DNA of 64,000 bases, from positions 21,044,555-21,108,554 of the forward strand of contig CM119265.1 of NCBI GenBank assembly GCA_051294375.1, given 5' to 3'. The notes beneath the pieces are model-generated. The model saw only the letters and a program-made list of their open reading frames with translations, searched no databases and was not told where the DNA came from. The translations under genes were made by a program, and so were the position numbers. This document shows, piece by piece, positions 37,669-49,689 of the stretch. Numbering within the stretch: position 1 is the first letter of the stretch; each line of letters opens with the position of its first letter. This DNA comes from Paraspadella gotoi. Taxonomy: Eukaryota > Animalia > Chaetognatha.

Positions 37669-40600
37669 CTTCCGCTTCTCTTCTCTCTTCCGCTCTTCCA
37701 GAGGATTGTATTAGAGTCCTGGAGAAAAGGAGCAAATTTGAAAGAGACAGTTTCAGCCAACTGAACTTCACTGTGTATCAGGCTTTATTACTTTCGCCTC
37801 TGTCTTCAGACTTTGCTCAATTCTTTTAATGCCAATCAGTCGCGCGCATCCTTTTTTTCCCTTATTCGATGGAGCTTCAATCTCTGAACTCGGATTTCCC
37901 GATCGTTATCGCTCAATCGCTGAAGAAGAGACACAATTAAGCTAATCTCGTGATCGATTGTGAAATCGCAATGAGATAAAAGCTCAAGAGAAAATAGAAG
38001 AAAAAAAATTACGATCACGCATCCGACGGCATCCACAAATTAATTAAAAAAAAATAAATAAACACNNNNNNNNNNTCGATCTGAGACGAAAATCGGCAAA
38101 AGAAGAAGAAAAAGAGAAAAAAAAAAGAGAGATAATCTCTCAATTTCTTTCCTCCACTTACCCACCCCTTCCGCTTCTCCTCCATCCCCTCTATCTTCCT
38201 CCTCCTCTTCCTCTTCCTCTTCCTCCTTCTCCTTCCTCCGCTAAGGCTTCTCCTCTGTCAACATTCGAATTCTCTTTTATGCTTCGATGCTTCCACCTAA
38301 TTCAAAGATTTCCTGCTTTGCCTCTTCTCAACCTCCTATCTAACCTCTTCCTCCTCCTCTGCTTTCTTTCTTTTCTTTTCTTTTCTTTTCTTTCTTTCTT
38401 TCTTTTCTTTTCTTTCTTTCTTTTTTTTGGCCTTCTTTTTTCGCTGTTTATCCATTCTCTTAATTTTCTTCTTCTTTGCGTTTCTTAAATTTATTGCCGT
38501 TTTCTTGGCGGTTACGTAATGAGAAAGGTTCCTTCTCTCTTTCGTTAGAACTAATGCTTCAGTTGTTTTGATTGATTGATGCATTGATTGAATGACTGAT
38601 TTATTAATTCACTGATTAATGCATTCATCGATAGTATTTTTTTTTATGCTGTTTTAATGTTTGTTTATTTTCCATTTTGTTCAGTTCAATCTCTCATCCT
38701 CCCCACTTTTTGCTAAAGCCAAAGTTTACGCTTCGTCGACGACCGAACTTTCTCGAATTATCTCTCGAATTCTTCTCCCGATTTAAAAACCTTTTATTTC
38801 TCTTTTTCCTCCGACTTTGCATCTTCCTTTCCTTATTTAAAATTTTTCTTTTGCTTTTCCTTTTTTGTATTTTTTCATTTCTTTTCTTTTCCTTTCTTTT
38901 TTTTCCTTTTTCCTTTATTTCTTGGTTTCTTATCCTTTTTTTCCATGCCTTTTCCATGCCTCGTATTGCATCTCGACTTCGTCTTTAAGTTTTTAACCCT
39001 TCCTTCTTCATTATATCTCCTTTTTATTGCTTCCATAAGTTCTATTTTTTTTTCTTCCTCCTTCCACCTTCTCCCTTCTTTCTTTTTACTTCTCATACCT
39101 CCCTCTCTTCACTCCCAGTTCTCACATCTGCTCTTATCTAAATTCTTCCTCCACTCTCTCCCGAGATTTTCTTTTATTCTGCTGTCTTCCTCCCTTTCTC
39201 CGTTTTCTCTTCCTTCCTCCAATCCCCTCCTCTTCTTTTCCTTTCCTTTCCTCCCTTCCTCCTCCTCCCCTCTCTTCTTTCTCCCCATCGGTTTGACTCC
39301 ATGTCACGCGCCTCAGCCTGTCTGATAGAATAAACCGAATCCGTAATCAAAAATTCCCACGTTCCTTCTTAACCCAGAGGAACTCCATAAACAACGCCGC
39401 TCCTAGACGCCGCTCCAGTAGATCCGGCTCCTCGACTCTCGCTCCTCCGATTCTCCTCCGAAACAGTTTCCTGGATTTACGAATCGTCGCCGGCGTCCGT
39501 CCGTCCGTTTGTCCGTGAATCGACTTTAAGTTTTTGGTTGATACTGAACATTCCGGACTCGATNNNNNNNNNNNNNNNNNNNNNNNNNNNNNNNNNNNNN
39601 NNNNNNNNNNNNNNNNNNNNNNNNNNNNNNNNNNNNNNNNNNNNNNNNNNNNNNNNNNNNNNNNNNNNNNNNNNNNNNNNNNNNNNNNNNNNNNNNNNNN
39701 NNNNNNNNNNNNNNNNNNNNNNNNNNNNNNNNNNNNNNNNNNNNNNNNNNNNNNNNNNNNNNNNNNNNNNNNNNNNNNNNNNNNNNNNNNNNNNNNNNNN
39801 NNNNNNNNNNNNNNNNNNNNNNNNNNNNNNNNNNNNNNNNNNNNNNNNNNNNNNNNNNNNNNNNNNNNNNNNNNNNNNNNNNNNNNNNNNNNNNNNNNNN
39901 NNNNNNNNNNNNNNNNNNNNNNNNNNNNNNNNNNNNNNNNNNNNNNNNNNNNNNNNNNNNNNNNNNNNNNNNNNNNNNNNNNNNNNNNNNNNNNNNNNNN
40001 NNNNNNNNNNNNNNNNNNNNNNNNNNNNNNNNNNNNNNNNNNNNNNNNNNNNNNNNNNNNNNNNNNNNNNNNNNNNNNNNNNNNNNNNNNNNNNNNNNNN
40101 NNNNNNNNNNNNNNNNNNNNNNNNNNNNNNNNNNNNNNNNNNNNNNNNNNNNNNNNNNNNNNNNNNNNNNNNNNNNNNNNNNNNNNNNNNNNNNNNNNNN
40201 NNNNNNNNNNNNNNNNNNNNNNCGCACATGTATCATCCGGGTTCTTTATCCTTCTTCCTCGGTGAATTTCACGTCGTTTCAACTTTAAATATCAGTGAGA
40301 TTGTCACAGATCGGAGATCGTTTGTCAGAACAGGATGACAGTGAGTCAGTCACGTTGTCATTGTCATCGTCTCACTCGATCGATTCTTGTGACGTCAATT
40401 CTTTTTCTCTTTTCCTTTTCCACTTTGGTGACGCTTAAAAAAAAAAAAGGAAAAAAAATCTTTCATCGAATTTTCGATTTTTGATTCTTTATGTAAACAG
40501 AATATTTTTCGTCAAATCTGCTTTAGCAGTCGCGGAATCTTTAATTCTCTTTGTCAGTCTGTCGGTCGTCCCCATAGTTTGGTCGGTCTGTTATCTAATT

Positions 40601-40842
40601 AAACTCGATAGTATAATAAAATATTATGCGAAAGAAAAAATTATGTCCGTCCATGTATCCCAATGTCCGTCGATCTGTGAACTTTGATCCACTTACTGTG
40701 GCTTTATCATTGTCGCCATAGTACCTTTAAGATATTCATTATTGTTTTATAACTATTGTAGCATGTTATTTAACTATATGAAGACAAGAAGAACACTATA
40801 ATCACATACAGTGTCATAGAGTACACTAGCAGTTGTACTATG

Positions 40843-41455
40843 TTTTTAGTCGGATCTGCTTTTCAGCAGATCCCGACTCTATAATTGCATTTGTCGGTCC
40901 GTCGGTCGCCCCTCAATATTGTTCGGGCACTAACTTATATCATGTCAGAACATCGAATTATGATAAAATTATGCAAAAAAAAATGATGTCCGTCTTTTCT
41001 TTTCTTTTTATATTAAATGTATATGCAGGCTGTATTAATAATTAAATATTAATCAGTTAATTAATCAATTAGTCAATTAAATTAATCAATAATTTAATTA
41101 ATCAGTCAATCATCCGTCCATCGTCCTCCTTAGCCAAAAGCTCCAAAACTCGTGATTACCTGGTTGGTTGGAATGAAATTTTGTGTGTGTAGGAAAGTGT
41201 GCGATAAAGCTGGATATAAAGTTTCGATGGAATCGTACGTGAGTGGAAATGAGTTTAAATGGAGAAAAAACATAGTGCATTACTAAATCTCTTTACTTAT
41301 TTTAACCCCAATTTAAATACTCTAATTAATCATAAATGGATGGGATTTGCATTCAAAATTGATGTGTGGCGTAGGAAAGTGATGAAAGCTTGATATAAGT
41401 TCGTTTACGAGTGGAAATGAGTTTAAATGAAAAAAATATATCACTTACTTTATTT
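40843..41455 (+). mobile_element. Partial (5') copy of the HINE-like element; a more degenerate 5' end at ~40506-40680
   Basis: tttttagtcggatctgcttttcagcagatcccgactctataa plus two internal repeat units. A solo 3'-end-like motif cagatccgacattgtt also occurs at ~50493. Confidence 0.55.
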
Positions 41456-41456
41456 T

Positions 41457-41732
41457 ATGTGTGGACCTTAAGAAGAAATGCTTAGAATTCTTTAGATTAA
41501 ATGCTCAGGTCGTCACAAAAACTGAAGGCTGGATAAAAGTGACTCATGTTCCGAAATTAGTTTCTGAAGTTGTTTGCTTTATTATTTAGAATCATTATCG
41601 AATTCTGTTATATAAATAGTATTTAAGTATCTTTTAGAGATAACTAAAATGAAAAAAATTATGATTTCTCTTACATGTAATAACATAGAGGCTTTTAAAA
41701 AATATTATTATAGTTTGAATCAGGAAAAGTTT
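41457..41732 (+). pseudogene. Duplicate of the BTB gene's last ~43 codons and 3' flank
   Basis: Matches 49557-49832 (VDLKKKCLEFFRLN.QVVTK...). Confidence 0.75.
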
Positions 41733-42899
41733 NNNNNNNNNNNNNNNNNNNNNNNNNATGAGCTTTTATTTTCTCACCATCAACTGAAATTGTGACTCGG
41801 CGCCCTCACCGCTTTAACCGAGCGGATAAGTAAATCAAACTGACAGACTTTTTGTAATGGATCGTGTAATCTGTAGCAAGGAGACGCTGTTTTGAGTAAG
41901 TAGTTTTCACAGACAACTACCTTGAATACTCTTAGTGATATATACGTACTTTACATTTTCTTTCCCTAAACAATAGAAAATGCAAGAAAGTCTGCTTTTC
42001 TTGAGTCATATTCCGAGCTAAAAAACTCCTAACGGGTCCATTTCAGTAGTTTCATTGCTCATTTTGATACCAGTAATTTCCTCTCACGTTAAAATTGTTC
42101 CAATGTTTGGAAAATTAAAATGTAAATAGTCTCCACATGTGTCTGCAGTAACAAATAAATATATGTTTTTAGTAAGTTTTATTCATTCCATTGTTTAAGA
42201 AAAACTCACCGATTGTAAAAAGAGAAAATTGAAAAAAATTGGATCGGCCTTGTATTTTCATTGAATTGAATTCGTTGTCTGAACCTCTCCTACTAGGGAA
42301 AATTGCATAAGATTTATTTCAATATGTTTTAGAGAGGAACGAATCCATGCGAGTATAATGTATAAATTTTTAATCATGATTTTTTTTAACACGAAAATAA
42401 AACCATATCCGATCTGAAGATCGTGAGATATCAGTGATAGATAATGGCAATTAATGGACTAGTCAGGTCGCAACTGTATTTCGGTGGTTGTCAGACCATC
42501 CAACTCAAACGGTTCTTATTTTTTGCGACAAACTACATTGTTAATGGAGGTCTACTGACAGCAGCCTCTTCAATATTGTGTGTGCTTCAGAATCCAGGCT
42601 GTAGAACACGTCCGCTCTCTAACTTCATCTCTCAAGAGGCCACTATACCGGGCCGTAGAAGCCGGACTTTGGGCTTCGGGAGGTGAATTCTACTATTCAG
42701 TTGCTTTACCAGACGCAAGGCATCTGAAATATCTATATGTACACAAACAATAATAAAAGAACAATAGTAAACACTAACAAGTAAACAATAATCAATATAA
42801 TATAAACATTAATGAAAGTAATAACAGTCAATAAGGTTCAAAAGAATTCCTTTGGAATATGAAACAAGAGAATTTAAGTATGGAGGTTTCCATAAAGAG

Positions 42900-45279
42900 A
42901 ACAACGTTTTGAGCAAGACAATGGTCGGATCCTTGCCTACAATAATAAGCGTTTGTAGAAGACAAAATAGTATGGTAGTCAGACTATATCAGATATAAAT
43001 GAAAATTTTTGTAAAAATTTTTTAACTTGTATCATTTTTTCAACTCGAACATTTTCTCACCTCACATCATTTTTTCAACTCACATCATTTTTTCAATTTT
43101 GCAGCATTTTACAATTTCACATCATTTTTTTCAAACTTGCATCATGTTTTTTAACTTGCGCCGATTTTTATGACACTTTTCTAGTGCCGGAATTTCATTC
43201 GGAAAAGAAAAACGACGTTTTGTAGCTGGCTGCAGCAGGGCGCTTTTTCTTTTTCTCCTCTTTCTCCTGCTGCTTCTACTGTGCGCCTTTTGATTTCTTT
43301 ATTTTTTCTGGCTGGCCTCTGCTGCTTGTCCGCCTCTTCTCTCTCTCTCTCTTCGTCTGCGTTTTTTTTATAAAAAAAATATTAATTAGGATAAATCGTA
43401 AAATTACAGCATACGCTATTTGTGCCATGTTATCATTTTGCTATCCCAACATCATGTATTCATTCATTTATTTCGTTTTTATCTCTCTCTCTCTCTCTGC
43501 AATTGCCGAGCACCTAATGCTTTTTAAGATTTTTTCACCTTTCTCTTCAAACTTGCATAATTTTTTCACTTTTTTCAACTTGCCATAATTTTTTTAAATA
43601 TGCCATCATTTTTTCATATTTAATTAATTAATTAATTAAAACATCTTTATTAGCTAATCATAAATAATAAATAAATCAAGGAAATGTGATCTTATGTTTT
43701 TTTCATTTAAACTCAATTTCCGACCGAGCCACAATTCCGTCAAAACTTTGTGATCTAGCTTCTTCACACACTTCCTACCGCTCACAAATTTCATCTCAAT
43801 CTATTATGGGTTAAATTAAGGTAAAAAGATTCAAGTAAATTGTACTCATATTTTTTTCATTTAAACTCTATTTCCACTCGTAACGAAAGCTTATATCAAC
43901 TCATCACACACTTTCCTACCTGGCTCACTAAAATTCATCTCAATCTATTATCGGTTAAAATAATTTAGAGAAAAAAAATTTATAATTGTGGTACAACGAA
44001 TTTAATTGGGAATACGCACATGTTTCGGCTCACATTTCCGAGCCTTCCTCAGCGTTCCATAAGAAATATTGTGCAAAAAGAAGGGTGTGAGCAGAGAGAG
44101 GAGAGAAGAGACGAGACGAGAGAGAAGAGAGAGATGAGGTAAAGGTTTTTCGACAAAGTGGTGAGAAGCCAGAATAGTAGTCAGATGGAGAAACAGGCTG
44201 AAGTTGAGGACAGATAGAGTGAGTGTGTGAAAATGAAACTGAATTTTTAGAGAGAGAGCAGAGACTGAAGAGAGAGAGAGAGAGAGTAGCAGAACAGGGG
44301 ATAAAATAAATAATATTAAAAGATACATTTTGTAATGTACCAACTTAAAAGTAAAAATTATTGAAAAAACTAATAGTCAGTCTAAGAGTTTTAACAATTA
44401 GCTTAATTTAAATCTAGTTCAGCTAATAGGATATAGTAACGATGAATATATGAAATTTTGAAATGAGTAAGAGATAGTGATAGTTAGTGAGGATAGGAAA
44501 GTGAAAATATAAGGAGAAAGAAAGAGCTCAAAATGAAGCTGGGGGGCCCCCCCCTTGTTTTATATGCCAAATTGAAGGACAGAGAGGTTAAAATAAGTAA
44601 AATGATTCAAGTAAAATGTGACTCACTATTTTTCATAAACTCTATTTCCACTCGTAACGCAAACTTTTATATTCAATCGCTCATCCACACACTTCTCTAT
44701 TACCCCACACACAAAATTGTACTCAATCTGATCCATCCAAATTATGATTAATTAGAGTATTTTATTGGTTACAATAAGTAATAAAGGATTTCTAAGTATA
44801 ATGCAACGCTTACTGTTTCCATTAAACTTCATTTCCACTCACGAATTCGACCATCAAACTTTATTATCCAGCTTTATCGCCCACTTGTCCTAACCACACA
44901 CAAAATTTCATTCCAATCCAACCAGCGATAACTCACGATTCATGAACTTTGGCTAAAGGAGGACGGATGGACGGATTGATTGATCTGATAATTAATTATT
45001 GATTAATTAAGTGACTAATGTAATCTAATTAACTGATTAATTATTTAATTTATTATACAGCCTGCATATTACATTTAATATAAAAAGAAAAGATAAAGAC
45101 GGACATCATGTTTTTTTTTTTATATCTCACTATATATATTATCATAATTACGATTCTGACAAATGATCTATCAAGTTAGTTGCCCCGACAATAATTGAGG
45201 GGCGGACCGACGGGACCGTACAAACTTGAATTTATAGAGTCTGGTATCCTGCACTGAATAAGCAGATCCGACTAAAAAA
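42900..45279 (-). mobile_element. Inverted, noisier copy of the HINE-like element
   Basis: agcagatccgactaaaaaa at 45261-45279 and gtcggatcc at ~42924 mirror 45612-47835. Confidence 0.6.
44008..44060 (-). ncRNA. Second reading of the hammerhead ribozyme, in the inverted arm
   Basis: Minus strand reads GGAACG-CTGAGGA-AGGCTC-ggaaatgt-GAGCC-GAAACATGTG-CGTATTCC. The GTG in place of GTC may be a read error. Confidence 0.6.
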
Positions 45280-45411
45280 CCATAGTACCAACTTGCTCAG
45301 TGCTACTCATTGATGCTACTACTGGTTATGTTCATAGTATTAGTGTTCTTTTGCTCTCATTATAAGTTAAATAAACATGCTAAATAGTTATAAACAAATA
45401 ATGAAATCTTA

Positions 45412-45482
45412 ATCTCTCCTTTCTCTCCTCCCTTTCCAAGCTGTTTTTTTTTTTGGGGTTGTTCTCTTTGAGCGGAAGCGAT
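45412..45482. other. Degraded PacBio SMRTbell-adapter-like sequence at the fold-back axis
   Basis: atctctcctttctctcctcc...gttgtt...gag...gat follows the order of the adapter ATCTCTCTC-TTTTCCTCCTCCTCCG-TTGTTGTTGTT-GAGAGAGAT. The flanks are immediate reverse complements (aataatgaaatcttaa / ttaagatatttcattatt). Confidence 0.6.
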
Positions 45483-45611
45483 GAAAGAAAGATTAAGATA
45501 TTTCATTATTGTTTTATAACTATATGTAGCATGCTTATTTAACTATATGAAGACAAAAGAACACTATAATCACATACAGTGTCATAGAGTACACTAGCAG
45601 TTGTACTATGG

Positions 45612-46515
45612 TTTTTAGTCGGATCTGCTTTTCAGCAGATCCCGACTCTATAATTCACTTTGTCGGTCCGTCGGTCCGCCCCCTCAATATTGTCGGGCAC
45701 TAACTTATATCATGTCAGAACATCGATTATGATAAATTATGCAAAAAAAAAAATGATGTCCGTCTTTTCTTTTCTTTTTATATTAAATGTATATGCAGGC
45801 TGTATTTAATAAATTAAATAATTAATCAGTTAATTATCAATTAGTCAATTAATTAATCAATAATTAATTAATCAGTCAATCAATCCGTCCATCCGTCCTA
45901 CCTTAGCCAAAGTTCCAATAACTCGTGATACCTGGTTGGATTGGAATGAAATTTTGTGTGTGGTTAGGAAAGTGTGCGATAAAGCTGGATATAAAGTTTC
46001 GATGGAATCGTGTGAGTGGAAATGAGTTTAAATGGAAAAAACATAAGTTGCATTTACTAAAATCCTTTTACTTATTTAACCATAAATACTCTAATTAATT
46101 CATAATTGGATGGATAGATTGAGTACAAATTTTGTGTGTGGGTAGGAAAGTGTGTGATGAAGCTTGATATAAAGTTTCGTTACGAGTGGAAATGAGTTTA
46201 AATGAAAAAAAATATGAGTCACATTTACTTGAATCATTTTACTTATTTTAACCTCTCTGTCCTTCATTTGCATATAAAACAAGGGGGGCCAGCTCATTTT
46301 GAGCTCTTTCTTTCTCCTTATATTTCACTTTCCTATCCTCCTAACTATCAACTATCTTTTCACATTTCAAATTTCATAATTCATGTTACTATCCTTTAGC
46401 TAACTATTTAAATTAGATAATTGTTAAACTCTTACTGACATTTAGTTTTTTCAAATTTTTACTTTTGTTGTACATTACAAATGTATCTTTAATACTTATT
46501 TATTTATCCCTGTTG

Positions 46516-46554
<39 letters not shown>

Positions 46555-46666
46555 ACAAATTCATTTCTTTTCACAACTCACTCAATCTGTCCTCAACTTC
46601 AGCCTGTTCTCTCATCTGACCACTATTCTGTCTTCACCACTTTGTTGAAAAACCTTTACTCTATCT

Positions 46667-46703
<37 letters not shown>

Positions 46704-47835
46704 ACACCCTTCTTTTTGCACAAATATTTTCCTCTATGGCAAACGCTGATGAAGGCTCGAAATGTGAGCCGAAACATGTCCGTATCTCCAATTAAATTCG
46801 TTGTACCACAATTAAAAACTTTGTTTTTCTCTAAATTATTTTAACCATAATAGATTGAGATGAAATTTTGTGAGCAGGTAAGGAAAGTGTGTGATGAAGC
46901 TTGATATAAGTTTCGTTACGAGTGGAAATGAGTTTAAATGAAAAAATATGAGTCACATTTACTTGAATCTTTTTACTTAATTTAACCATAATAGATTGAG
47001 ATGAAATTTTGTGAGCGGGTAGGAAAGTGTGTGAAGAAGCTAGATACAAAGTTTTGACGGAATTGTGCCAGTGGAAATGAGTTTAAATGGAAAAAACATA
47101 AGTCACATTTACTTGAATTTTTTATTATTATGATTACTAATAAATGTTTAATTAATTAATTAATTAATATGAAAAAATGATGCAATTTAAAAAAATTATG
47201 CAAGTTGAAAAAAGTGAAAAAATTATGCAAGTTGAAAAAAGTGAAAAAATCTTAAAAGCATAAGGATCGTCGCAATTGCAGAGAGAGAGAGAGAGATAAA
47301 AAACGAAATAAAAACATGATGTTGGGATAGCAAAATGATAACATGCACAAATGCGATGCTTAATTTACGAGTTAATCCTAATTAAATTTTTTTTAATAAA
47401 AACGCAGAGAGAGAGAGAGAGAGAGAGCGCAGCAGCAGAGGCAGCCAGAAAAAATAAAGAAATAAAAGGCAGCAGTAGAAGCAGCAGGAGAAAAGAGAGA
47501 AAAAGAAAAAGCCCCTGCTGAGCCAGCTACAAACTCGTTTTCTTTCCCGATGAATCCGCACTAAAAATGATCATAAAAATGGCGCAAGTTAAAAAAAATT
47601 GATGCAAGTTGAAAAAATGATGTGAATTGTAAAAATGATGCAAATTGAAAAAATGATGTGAGTTGAAAAAATGATGTGAGTGGAAAAAATGATTCGAGTT
47701 GAAAAAATGATACAAGTTAAAAATTTTTTAAAAAACTTTCATTTATCATCTGATTAGCTGACTACCTACTATTTTCGTCTTCTACAACCGCTTAATTATT
47801 GTAGGCAGATCCGACATTGTTTGCTCAAACTTGTT
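45612..47835 (+). mobile_element. Non-autonomous Helentron/DINE-1-like element (HINE)
   Basis: 5' end TTTTTAGTCGGATCTGC-ttttca-GCAGATCCCGACTCTATAA followed by GTCGGTCCGTCGGTCC. Internal ~150-185-bp repeats (GAAATTTTGTG..GGTAGGAAAGTGTGTG..GTGGAAATGAGTTTAAATG). A second GCAGATCCGAC subTIR at 47805-47815 is followed by ...AACTTGTT. Confidence 0.65.
46735..46790 (+). ncRNA. Minimal type I hammerhead ribozyme (Penelope-like-element type)
   Basis: ACG-CTGATGA(46746-46752)-A-GGCTC-gaaatgt-GAGCC-GAAAC-AT-GTC(46778-46780)-CGT. This gives a complete core, a 5-bp stem II, the palindromic minimal stem III ACATGT, and ACG/CGT at the base of stem I. Confidence 0.8.
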
Positions 47836-48519
47836 CTCTTATGGAAACCTCCATATTATTCTTTTTCATTTACAAAGGATTCTTTTTACCTTATTGATGT
47901 TTATTACTTCATTAATGTTTATTTATATTGATTATTGTTTACTGTTAGTGTTACTATTTTCTTTTATTATTGTTTTGTACATATAGATATTTCAGATGCT
48001 TGCTGGTAAAAGCAACTGAATATAACATTCACCTCCCAACCCAAAGGTCCCGGCTTCTAGCCCGGTAGTCGCCTACTAGTTAGTAAGAGGGACGGTGTTA
48101 CAGCCTGTTCTGAAGCACACAAATTGAAAGGCTCTGTCACTAACTCATAACAATTAGCTTTGCGCAAAAAATAAGAACCGGTTTGAGTTGGAAGGTCATG
48201 ACAACCCCGAAAACAGTCGACCGATCCTTATCCATTCACTGATATCTCGATCTTCAATCAGATATTTTTATTTTTTCGTGATTAAAAAAAAATCATGAAT
48301 AAAATTTATAATTTACTCGCAATGGAATTCGTTCTCTCTAAAAATATTGAAATAAATCTTATGCAATTTCATAGTAGGAGAGTTGCAGAACAACGAATTC
48401 AATTCAATGAAATTACAAGGCCGATCCAATTTTTTAAATTTTCTCTTTTACAATCGGTGAGTTTTTTTAAAACATGAATAATAAAACTTACTAAAAACAT
48501 ATATTTATTTGTTATGCAG

Positions 48520-49689
48520 AACCAGTGTGGAGACTATTTACATTTTAATTTTCCAAACATTGACAATTTTAACGTGAGAGGAAAAATTTACTGGTATCAA
48601 ATGAGTGATGAAACTACTGAAATGGACCCGTTGGAGTTTTTTACTCGGAATATGACCCAAAGAAGCAGTTTTTGCATTTTTTATTGTTTGGAAAAAAATA
48701 CGGTATATAATTACCCAAATATTCAAGTTTGTGTGAAACTCACTTACTCAAAAACNNNNNNNNNNNNNNNNNNNNNNNNNGCAAAACAGCGTCTTCCTTG
48801 GCTACAGATACAGATCCATTACAAAAAAGTCTGTCAGTTGATTATACTTTCCCTCTTAAAGTCTGGTGAGGGCGCCGACGTCACAATTTCAGTTGATGGT
48901 GAAGAAATAAAAGCTCATCGTCTAATCTTGAGATCAAGATCAACCTACTTTGACAGAATGTTCTCGAGTGAAATGCGGAGGAACAGAACTGGCGTTGGAG
49001 TTTTTTACTCGGAATATGACCCAAAAAAGCAGTTTTTGCATTTTTTATTGTTTGGAAAAAAATGTAAATACGGTATATAATCACCTAAATATTCAAGTTT
49101 GTGTGAAACTCACTTACTCAAAAACAGCGTCTTCCTTGGCTACAGATACAGATCCATTACAAAAAAGTCTGTCAGTTGATTTACTTTCCCTCTTAAAGTC
49201 TGGTGAGGGCGCCGACGTCACAATTTCAGTTGATGGTGAAGAAATAAAAGCTCATCGTCTAATCTTGAGATCAAGATCAACCTACTTTGACAGAATGTTC
49301 TCGAGTGAAATGGCGGAGGACAGAACTGGGCAAGTGACGATCATCGGCATAAGGATCACCAAGCGTTTAGGTGTATTTTGACTTATCTCTACAGCGGTAC
49401 AATCGCTGAGGGTATTGAAAAACATGCTGAGGAGATATTGCAAAAAGTCGATGAAATGGGGATGACGGAATTAAAGAAGATCTGTGTTGACAAGATGAGT
49501 GAAACAATGTCAACACAAAATGTCTGCGACTTTTTACGAGCTGCACATCTTCATGAATGTGTGGACCTTAAGAAGAAATGCTTAGAATTCTTTAGACTTA
49601 ATTCTCAGGTCGTCACAAAAACTGAAGGTTGGATTAAAGTAACTCAAGTTCCGGAATTAGTTTCTGAAGTTGTTTGCTTTATTATTTAG
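48520..49689 (+). CDS. BTB/POZ-BACK protein, SPOP/roadkill/TDPOZ-like Cullin-3 adaptor (fragmented)
   Basis: ADVTISVDGEEIKAHRLILRSRSTYFDRMFSSEM, then LTYLYSG..AEEILQKVDEMGMTELKKIC..STQNVCDFLRAAHLHECVDLKKKCLEF. Upstream intron GTGAGT..GCAG at 48457-48519. Internal duplication (~48630-48990 vs ~48992-49330), a gap and a frameshift near 49350. The true 5' end is not determined. Confidence 0.8.

Larger units (their letters stand above)
41758..48915. repeat. ~3.5-kb fold-back inverted repeat (41758-45411 vs ~45492-48915)
   Basis: atgagcttttattttctcaccatcaactgaaattgtgac at 41758 is the reverse complement of the BTB segment at ~48880-48917. The left arm is insertion-rich. Confidence 0.85.

Noticed and set aside
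39347-40338. Long ORFs spanning N runs (also at 26.5, 53.2, 54.0 and 55.2 kb)
   Set aside because: Their length comes from untranslatable gaps.
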